NCBI GenBank assembly: GCA_023247075.1
Contig: JAHFHD010000003.1
Location: forward strand, 1-44,161
Length of the DNA: 44,161 nucleotides
Direction: 5' to 3'
Source of the DNA: Candidatus Omnitrophota bacterium
GTDB lineage: Bacteria; Omnitrophota; Omnitrophia; Omnitrophales; Danuiimicrobiaceae
Positions 34,055 to 40,518 of the stretch are shown here, piece after piece; the stretch's first letter is position 1; the number at the start of each line of letters is the position of its first letter. The translations under genes and the position numbers were made by a program. The notes under the pieces are model-generated. The model saw only the letters and a list, made by a program, of their open reading frames with translations, did not search any database and was not told where the DNA came from.

Positions 34055-35278
34055 ATGAGAAGTTCCCGAAGTGGATTTGTGCTTCTGCTCACGCTGATTT
34101 TGATGACGAGCATGGCTGCAATTGCCGGAGGTTTAATTATTGCGCTCACAACTGAATTCCGCGCCGCAAAAATCCAGATGAACGACCAAAAAGCTTTTTG
34201 GCTTGCCGAAGCAGGAATGGCTGATGCCGTGAAGCGCCTTAAGAATGATGAAATTAATTTAAATGATGGTGCTACAGACAACAGCACAATGGCCAATGTG
34301 AGCTTTGCCGAAGGAACTTATTCTGTTGTGCTCACACGGACTGGAAATGATATTTCAACTGTGGTGACTGGAACCTTTGGCGGCCAAAGCCGTGTCCTAA
34401 ATACCACCTTTACTTTTTCTTATGGACTTCCACCTGCTTTTAGTTACGCACTTTTTGGCGGGAACACAAATGCTCAAACGTTTAAAGTGGGAAATAATAA
34501 TACCGCCATGGCTTTAATCTCAGGTGACCTGTTTTACAATGCAACGGCAGGGGTGGATATTGTGGACGTAAAAAATAGTGCTCAGGTGACAAATGGAGTG
34601 GTTTACGCAGACCAAGCAACGGGTGGTGGATCGTACACGCTCGTCACTACAGTTCCAAGTCCACTTCCAACTTATCCTAGTTTTACGTCAACTTTTTACG
34701 ACAATAAAATTACAACTGCGGAGGCAAATTCTTCCGGAAATTTTACCTTAAGCTCAAACAATAATCTCAATCTCGCAGGCGGTACAGTGTACTATGACAC
34801 AGTGACAATCAAGAATACAGCAACGGTAACGGGGCCCGGCACTATTGTGGCAACCAAAGCAATCACCATTCAGGATCAAGCGGCGATTGGTGCGGATGTT
34901 AACATCATCACCAAAAAGGATGTGACGATTCAAGACAGTGCAACAGTTCAGTCTGGCGGGTCAATTTACGCACGGACAGACATTACAGTTAAGAACAGTG
35001 CTAATGTAACTTCATCACTACTTGCTCCAGATTCCGGTCAGCAGATTACGGTTTCTCAAACCGCACAGGTCTCAGGGATTTTGTACACTGATAAAGCAGT
35101 TTTAAAAGATGACACTGTGACTCAGGGCAGTGTAGTAGCCAATAAATTTGGGAGTAATCAAATTGAGGGAAATGCACATTTAATTTTTAATTCGAATGTG
35201 CTGCCGCACACACTTCCGCAAGGAATCACAGGAATAGAACAATATACTCAGAAAGCAAATTCGTGGAACGAAAGTTAG
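34055..35278 (+). CDS. PilX_N/GspK-like minor pilin with a large beta-helix-like repetitive C-terminal domain
   Basis: N-terminus MRSSRSGFVLLLTLILMTSMAAIAGGLIIALTTEFRAAKIQMNDQKAFWLAEAG (PilX N-terminal pattern, no Glu+5). The C-terminal half has reiterated short beta-strand units (VTIKNTATVTG, ITIQDQAAIGA, VTIQDSATVQSG, ITVKNSANVTS, ITVSQTAQVSG). Confidence 0.78.
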   Translation: MRSSRSGFVLLLTLILMTSMAAIAGGLIIALTTEFRAAKIQMNDQKAFWLAEAGMADAVKRLKNDEINLNDGATDNSTMANVSFAEGTYSVVLTRTGNDISTVVTGTFGGQSRVLNTTFTFSYGLPPAFSYALFGGNTNAQTFKVGNNNTAMALISGDLFYNATAGVDIVDVKNSAQVTNGVVYADQATGGGSYTLVTTVPSPLPTYPSFTSTFYDNKITTAEANSSGNFTLSSNNNLNLAGGTVYYDTVTIKNTATVTGPGTIVATKAITIQDQAAIGADVNIITKKDVTIQDSATVQSGGSIYARTDITVKNSANVTSSLLAPDSGQQITVSQTAQVSGILYTDKAVLKDDTVTQGSVVANKFGSNQIEGNAHLIFNSNVLPHTLPQGITGIEQYTQKANSWNES

Positions 35279-35288
35279 AGTTGCTTAA

Positions 35289-35396
35289 CTTGAGTTCTGC
35301 ATATTTATGTCATTTTGACCCCGTAGGGGGAAGAATCTAGTGAATGCGAGATCCTTCACTTCGTTCAGGATGACATGCAAAGGACTCAGGATGACA
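35289..35396. repeat. Composite MITE-like repeat (CTTGAGTTCTGCATATTT end joined to GTCATTTTGACCCCGTAGGGGGAAGAATCTAG ... CAGGATGACA modules)
   Basis: Near-identical to 35892-35950 and reverse-complementary to 37741-37795. It overlaps the 5' end of the next ORF. Confidence 0.85.
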
Positions 35397-35879
35397 GCTA
35401 GGAAATTGAAATTTGCTGACCCCAAATTGCCTAAAAAGCCATTTGGCCTTACTCTTATTGAAATGGTGATGGTATTTTCGCTTGTTGCGCTAGTACTTGG
35501 AATCTTCGTAGTCAGGACAGCAGGTCTTAATGACCAGAAACGGATTGAAACTGCACGCGGAGATTTGCGGGCGCTTGAAACTGCTGTTCACGCTTATTAC
35601 CTCAATCATAGTAATGTTTACCCGTCAGGCTCTGACTGGCAGACAAATGACCTTCAGAGTGAAAACCCTCGCGTGACTGGCCAGGTTTTGTTTGATCCGT
35701 TTGCGTCAAGCAGCGGGGAATATCTTTTTTCAACCAGTGCGAATGGTTCCTATTATGTCATTTACTCCATCGGTCCAAACCGCACGGCAAACATTACGGG
35801 AATCAATAATAACGGTCTGTTGACAGGGGTAAATGCCGATGATATTTTTGTCACAAACGGAACAAGCGCCTTCGCTTGA
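35391..35879 (+). CDS. Second GspG-like major pilin (paralogue of 32603-33091)
   Basis: Prepilin motif KKPFG followed by LTLIEMVMV (Glu+5). Its C-terminus YVIYSIGPNRTANITGI...ADDIFVTNG parallels YVMFSIGPDRTADITGI...DDDIFVTNG of the first pilin. Candidate starts are GTG 35340, ATG 35370 and ATG 35391, all inside the repeat. Confidence 0.8.
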   Translation: MTARKLKFADPKLPKKPFGLTLIEMVMVFSLVALVLGIFVVRTAGLNDQKRIETARGDLRALETAVHAYYLNHSNVYPSGSDWQTNDLQSENPRVTGQVLFDPFASSSGEYLFSTSANGSYYVIYSIGPNRTANITGINNNGLLTGVNADDIFVTNGTSAFA

Positions 35880-35891
35880 GCTAACTTGTAA

Positions 35892-36060
35892 CTTGAGTTC
35901 TGCATATTTATGTCATTCTGACCCCGTAGGGGGAAGAATCTAGCGAATGCGAGATCCTCTTCGCGGAGTTTACCCTGAGCGCTAGATCCTTCACTTCGTT
36001 CAGGATGACACGCGAAGGGCTCAGGATGACAACTAAAAAGTTGAAATATGCAGAATTCAA
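35892..36060. mobile_element. Composite MITE-like element bounded by 17-bp inverted repeats TTGAGTTCTGCATATTT / AAATATGCAGAATTCAA
   Basis: 16/17 matching terminal inverted repeats enclose GTCATTCTGA..., GAAGAATCTAGCGAA, GGAGTTTACCCTGAGCGCTAGATCC and CAGGATGACA modules shared with the other copies. Confidence 0.85.
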
Positions 36061-36082
36061 ATTATTAATCAACCAAATCCAT

Positions 36083-37672
36083 ATGCACACCAAAAATATT
36101 TTCCTTGCGATTGAGTTTTCAATCAGCCGTGTCAAGCTAGTGAAGATGAAAAAGGAAGGCCTGCGCCTTTCTTTGCTTGATGCCCGGAGTGTGGTGATTC
36201 CACGAGGTGTGAGTGAAAAAGAATTGAAAGAAGTGTGGCGCGAGGCAGTTAGACAAGTGACAACTGGTGAAGTGAATAATCGTGTCACAGTGCTGATTGG
36301 GGCGGACAGCCCGCGAAATGTTTTCACTTATTTTAATTTACCTAAGCTTCCGAAGTCAGAGCTTTTGGACACGCTCAAATGGAAAATAAAAGAGGAGCTC
36401 ACTTTTCCGATTGAAGAAGCAGTTTTAGATTACCGAATTCCAAAATCATTTTCCGGCCGTAAAGATGACCTTCGCGAGACTTTGGTGAGCGTCCTGCCTC
36501 AGTCTGAAATTAATCCATTTATTGAAATGGTGAAGTCTCTTGGTTTTGAACAAGTTTATGCTGCTCAATGTATTTTTTCGATTGAGCGCCTCCCCCAAAC
36601 ATTTCCAGATTTTGAAAGTACCGTCCTTAGCGTCGTCGACATTGGTGAAGCAGTAACGGAAATTGCACTCTACCAAAAGGGTACGCTTCGTTTCCTTAGA
36701 AAAGTTGCTTTTGGCGGACGATTTTTAACTTCTCTGCTCACACAACCGCTTGCTGGCAGCAAAGGGACTGCGACACTTTCGTGGGCGGAAGCAGAGCGGG
36801 TGAAATCAGAAGAGCATCTTGTGCTTCCAATTGATGACAAACTTTTGCTTGGAAAAGTAGAACGTTCAAAACTCCGCGCTGTCATACGACCTGAGCTTGA
36901 GCGGCTCCTCAGTGAGCTTAAGCGTTCTTTTGAGTCATATGGAGAATCAAATGGTCATCTGGTGGAACAAATGTTTGTGACGGGTGGATCAAGCAAGCTT
37001 CAGGGGCTACGCGCTTTTCTTGAAGAGGAACTTCATATTCCGGTTAAGCGGGTAACAATTGAAAACGATTTTACTTTTGCAAGTGGACAAACAAAACCAG
37101 ACTCAGATTCCTATTACCGGATGCTTGCGCTTGCCTCCGAATTTGATTTGGACGGAGCGCGCGAACGTCTTCAAGGCAATGTTCAGAGAGATCAATTGAT
37201 TCGGCGTATTTTAAATGTTCCGGTTTTGATTGGATTTTTTTTGATTGTGCTCACGGCCTGCGGGTTCCTTCATTACCAGTACCGGACGCTAGACGGTGCT
37301 CGGCGCGATTTAGAACGTCAAACGGTAGGTTTAAAACCCGGCTACCAGGCAGCAAAGGACGCTCAAGCGCTTGAACAAAAATTGACGTTTGAGAAAAATT
37401 TGGAGACAGCGGCACTTTCAGAGGAACCGTTTTGGACTGAGGTGTTAAGTGAGCTTCAGGGCATTTTTCAAAAAGGAGTGACGCTTCACAGTGTGCAATA
37501 TGAAGACCACAGCCTTTTGGTGGATGGCGAGGTTCAGGGGACATTTGGGAAGGACTCATTTGTAGAATTTGCAAGAGCAGCCCAAGGACCCATTTTCCAC
37601 ACCGCCGCACTTGTTCGTGCCGAACCAAACGGAGACGCAACCAATTTTACAATCCGTCTTGAAATGAGTTAA
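36083..37672 (+). CDS. Fused PilM-like (actin-fold ATPase) / PilN-like (TM plus fimbrial assembly) protein
   Basis: PilM pattern IFLAIEFSISRVKLV...LPKSELLDTLKWKIKEELTFPIEEAVLDY...VTGGSSKLQGL. This is followed by the TM helix VPVLIGFFLIVLTACGFL and a PilN-like C-terminal domain. The track start 36005 and ATG 36026 lie inside the repeat. Confidence 0.8.
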   Translation: MHTKNIFLAIEFSISRVKLVKMKKEGLRLSLLDARSVVIPRGVSEKELKEVWREAVRQVTTGEVNNRVTVLIGADSPRNVFTYFNLPKLPKSELLDTLKWKIKEELTFPIEEAVLDYRIPKSFSGRKDDLRETLVSVLPQSEINPFIEMVKSLGFEQVYAAQCIFSIERLPQTFPDFESTVLSVVDIGEAVTEIALYQKGTLRFLRKVAFGGRFLTSLLTQPLAGSKGTATLSWAEAERVKSEEHLVLPIDDKLLLGKVERSKLRAVIRPELERLLSELKRSFESYGESNGHLVEQMFVTGGSSKLQGLRAFLEEELHIPVKRVTIENDFTFASGQTKPDSDSYYRMLALASEFDLDGARERLQGNVQRDQLIRRILNVPVLIGFFLIVLTACGFLHYQYRTLDGARRDLERQTVGLKPGYQAAKDAQALEQKLTFEKNLETAALSEEPFWTEVLSELQGIFQKGVTLHSVQYEDHSLLVDGEVQGTFGKDSFVEFARAAQGPIFHTAALVRAEPNGDATNFTIRLEMS

Positions 37673-37683
37673 TTTTTTTTAGC

Positions 37684-37795
37684 TGTCATCCTGAACGACA
37701 CGTCTTGCGAGTGCGCAAAAGCGCGAGTGAAGGATCTCGCATTCACTAGATTCTTCCCCCTACGGGGTCAGAATGACATCAATATGCAGAAATCA
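37684..37795. repeat. Composite MITE-like repeat copy
   Basis: TGTCATCCTGAACGACACGTCTTGCGAGTGCGCAAAAGCGCGAGTGAAGGATCT is identical to a module at 41888-41940. It is followed by CGCATTCACTAGATTCTTCCCCCTACGGGGTCAGAATGACA and a degenerate AATATGCAGAAATCAGG end. Confidence 0.85.
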
Positions 37796-37810
37796 GGTTA
37801 ATTGAAACAA

Positions 37811-38656
37811 ATGATAAATCAATCCCCAAATTTTAATTTGGTTCGACTCGCAGCCGCTTTGGTGTCGGTGCTTTTTAGCCTCGCACTTATTCTTTTTTTT
37901 GTGCATCGGGTGGACGAAGCCAAAACAAAGCTTCGCAAAGAAAAAGAAATCCTCACAGGCTACCGTTCTGTCGTGCAAAAGTTAAGTTCAGTCAATAAAA
38001 AGAAATTGGATGAGGAACATTCGCGTCTTGCGAAGCGCCTTGCGCCGGAAGACAATCATTCATTATTGATTAGCGAGATTACCGAGTATGCTCGGAAACA
38101 CGGGCTTACGCTTCGTTTTGAGAATCCACTTGAAAATGAGCGGGGAAGTATAAAAGAAAGTGAGTTGAAACCGTTTTTTGACCAGGCACCATTTCAGATG
38201 GTGCTTGAAGGGAGTTATGCTGGAATCGCGCGATTTTTGGATGATTTAAGCAGACTTCAAAATGGATTGATTCACGTAGGGCAATTTTCTATTCGTCCAA
38301 GTGAATCCCACCCGCCGCACTTAGAGCTTTCGCTTCACTCCTTTCTTTTGGTTGAAAATGTTCACGCGAGCGAGCAAAAAGTTCAAGCTCCAAAGGGGCA
38401 GGCACGCCATAAGGCAAAAAGCCGCTACGAACTTTCAAAACGAAATCCCTTTCTTAAGGTGGAGCGGTTGAGTGATAAAAAGTTGACGCTTGAAGGAATT
38501 GTTTATGACCCAAATTCACCGGTGGCATTAATGGATGGTGAGATGAAACGCGTCGGTGACCAGGTGCGCGGCGCCACGATTGTCGAGATTAAGCCTGACA
38601 GCGTCCTCTTTAAAAAAGGCGAAGAAACCCTCCGCGTCCGCCTCAAGCAAAATTAA
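37811..38656 (+). CDS. Fused PilO-like / PilP(GspB/GspC HR)-like pilus alignment protein
   Basis: TM helix LVRLAAALVSVLFSLALILFFV, a coiled coil, and the PilO-like core FQMVLEGSYAGIARFLDDLSRL. The C-terminal beta-domain is LTLEGIVYDPNSPVALMDGEMKRVGDQVRGATIVEIKPDSVLF. TTG 37802 is an alternative start. Confidence 0.7.
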   Translation: MINQSPNFNLVRLAAALVSVLFSLALILFFVHRVDEAKTKLRKEKEILTGYRSVVQKLSSVNKKKLDEEHSRLAKRLAPEDNHSLLISEITEYARKHGLTLRFENPLENERGSIKESELKPFFDQAPFQMVLEGSYAGIARFLDDLSRLQNGLIHVGQFSIRPSESHPPHLELSLHSFLLVENVHASEQKVQAPKGQARHKAKSRYELSKRNPFLKVERLSDKKLTLEGIVYDPNSPVALMDGEMKRVGDQVRGATIVEIKPDSVLFKKGEETLRVRLKQN

Positions 38657-38704
38657 AAGTTTTTAACCCTTAAGTTCTCAAAAAGGGAAAGTTGCTAAGA
38701 AAAG

Positions 38705-38897
38705 GGGTGCATGCCATTGATGCGGTTGTTTTTTATGTCATCCTGAGCCCTTCGCTGTGTCATCCTGAACGACCCTAAAGGGCTGCTGCGCGGAGTGAAG
38801 GATCTAGCGCTCAGGGTAAACTCCGCGAAGGATCTAAGTTCGCTAGATTCTTCGGCTCCGCCTCAGAATGACACACTGGATGAAGTGGGATGCACCC
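38705..38897 (+). mobile_element. Full-length ~200-bp MITE-like element
   Basis: TIRs GGGTGCATGCCATTGATGCGG... and ...CTGGATGAAGTGGGATGCACCC. Flanking 9-mers TAAGAAAAG (38696-38704) and TAAAAAAAG (38898-38906) match at 8/9 positions. Confidence 0.88.
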
Positions 38898-38978
38898 TAA
38901 AAAAAGATACCGCTTTCTTCGAATCAAGCTGTGGGCATAATGCCTTCAGGTAAGAACGCAATTTTTGGAGGTGAATAC

Positions 38979-39200
38979 ATGAAGAAAAAACTAATCACTC
39001 AATCGAAGGATATTCTTGGCGGCACACCAGTTTTTGCAGGCACAAGAGTTCCTGCCCGTGCTTTGTTCGACTACCTTGAGGTTGGTAGGCCTCTTGATGA
39101 TTTTCTAGATGATTTTCCTGCTGTCACCAAAACTCAAGCAGTAGGTCTGATTAAACTTCTCAAAGCAAATGTTGTGAATCTCCATGAACGTGCTGCTTGA
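38979..39200 (+). CDS. DUF433-family antitoxin-like protein
   Basis: GGAGGTG RBS. ILGGTPVFAGTRVPARALFDYLEVGRPLDDFLDDFPAVT is the typical DUF433 core. Confidence 0.8.
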   Translation: MKKKLITQSKDILGGTPVFAGTRVPARALFDYLEVGRPLDDFLDDFPAVTKTQAVGLIKLLKANVVNLHERAA

Positions 39201-39507
39201 CGAATGCATTCCACGGAAACTAAAACATGAATTTAAAGGGCATTCTGTTTCTACTGTCACTGAAGAGGGCTGGTCAGGAAGAAAAAATGGTGACCTGCTC
39301 CGTTTAGCGGAAAAGAAGTTTGACGTTTTTATTACCGTCGACCAAAGTTTAAGCTACCAGCAAAATATTGCCAAATTCAAAATAACCACTGTTTTGTTAG
39401 CTGCTAAAAACAATGATTTGGATACACTGAGGTCATTTATTTCTAAAGTCTGCCAAATTTTAGAATCTTCAAAAGTAACAGGTCGTATTTTTAAGGTTAA
39501 ACTTTAA
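39184..39507 (+). CDS. DUF5615 (PIN-like/Mut7-C-type) toxin-like protein
   Basis: 17-nt overlap with the DUF433 gene. Sequence LLDECIPRKLKHEFKGHSVSTV...GRKNGDLLRLAEKKFDVFITVD. Confidence 0.75.
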   Translation: MNVLLDECIPRKLKHEFKGHSVSTVTEEGWSGRKNGDLLRLAEKKFDVFITVDQSLSYQQNIAKFKITTVLLAAKNNDLDTLRSFISKVCQILESSKVTGRIFKVKL

Positions 39508-39599
39508 ACATTCTCCAATTGTCGGCGGCTGCTAATAATTGGATGGTGCGGCTGAACTAACTTGACATTACCAATACGCCTTTAGATTTTCAGATTGAT

Positions 39600-40349
39600 T
39601 TATGATTTCTTGTCAGTGTACGCCTTGACCAGTTCCATTAACTCCACAGGCACAGCCAAGATGACCGTATTTGAGGCGGTGGGTCCAAGACCATCTATTG
39701 TCTGAAGTGTCCTGAGCTGCATCGCGCCAGGACTTGCTGTCATTGTTTTGGCGGCTTCGGCAAGATTGAATGCAGCTAGCTTGTCTCCTTCAGCCTTAGT
39801 AATAGTCGCTCTCTTTTCTCGTTCAGCCGAGGCTTGGCGTGACATCATTTTCTTCAACTCTTCGGGAACATCCACATCCTGAATTTTGATGGTGACGACT
39901 TCCAAACCCCAAGCTGAACTTTCTTTCCTGACAATTTTTTCGATTTCCTCACTAATAATTTGCCGCTCTGCCAAAAGGTCGTCAAATGTCATTCCACCCA
40001 CAACATCCCGCAATGCGGCCTGTGAGAATTGGCCTATTGCATAATTGTAATCCTGCACTTTGATGATTGCGGTCGAAGCATCAAGCACTTTAAAGTAAAC
40101 AACACCGTTGATTGTGACCGGCACATTGTCTTTGGTAATGACTTGCTGTTTTGGAATGTCGCGGGTCAAAACTCTCATATCAACTGAGGTAGTTTGCTCG
40201 ATGAATGGAATAATTAGATTAAGACCAGGACTCAAAGTGCGGCTGAAACGGCCCAAGGTAAATACAATAAACGTTTGGTACTGCTGAACAATTCGAACTG
40301 ACAATGCTGCTAAAACTGCCGCAAGCGGAAGAAGAAATGTCAAAAACAT
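39600..40349 (-). CDS. SPFH/band-7 (stomatin/slipin-like) membrane protein
   Basis: ATG 40349 has a GAAGGAGGG RBS; the track start 40376 contains that RBS. N-terminal TM helix, then VQQYQTFIVFTLGRFSRTLSPGLNLIIPFIE...VITKDNVPVTINGVVYFKV. Confidence 0.9.
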   Translation of the reverse strand: MFLTFLLPLAAVLAALSVRIVQQYQTFIVFTLGRFSRTLSPGLNLIIPFIEQTTSVDMRVLTRDIPKQQVITKDNVPVTINGVVYFKVLDASTAIIKVQDYNYAIGQFSQAALRDVVGGMTFDDLLAERQIISEEIEKIVRKESSAWGLEVVTIKIQDVDVPEELKKMMSRQASAEREKRATITKAEGDKLAAFNLAEAAKTMTASPGAMQLRTLQTIDGLGPTASNTVILAVPVELMELVKAYTDKKS

Positions 40350-40518
40350 GATTAACCCTCCTTCAATTAACACCAAATCGTTTAATGGTTCATATGGACA
40401 AGACCTGTTAAATTTTCGCAGTGTTTAATCATCGGCTGAGCTTCGATTAGACTTGAAAAAGGTGTGTCTGTTTAATCACAAACCCTTTATTGAGTATTTT
40501 CGATTTAAGTAAAGAAAC

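Noticed and set aside
35908-36327. 139-aa minus-strand ORF
   Set aside because: It is built largely from the translated repeat element (VILNEVKDLALRVNSAKR-type peptide, the same repeat-derived peptide that other copies yield when translated in this frame) and overlaps the pilM-N 5' end.
24611-38897. Receiver/kinase/pilus module as a composite transposon or invertible segment bracketed by inverted full-length MITE copies. The same idea applied to 38705-42028, which is bracketed by direct copies.
   Set aside because: Each MITE copy carries its own matching flanking duplication on both sides (CTCGTCTCT; TAAGAAAAG/TAAAAAAAG; GAAAGCGG). This indicates three independent simple insertions. It also indicates no recombination or inversion between copies since insertion, and no shared outer duplication is visible.
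39600-40349. SPFH/NfeD membrane-scaffold pair
   Set aside because: Only the SPFH gene is present and no NfeD-like partner is adjacent. It is treated as an ordinary stand-alone stomatin-like gene.
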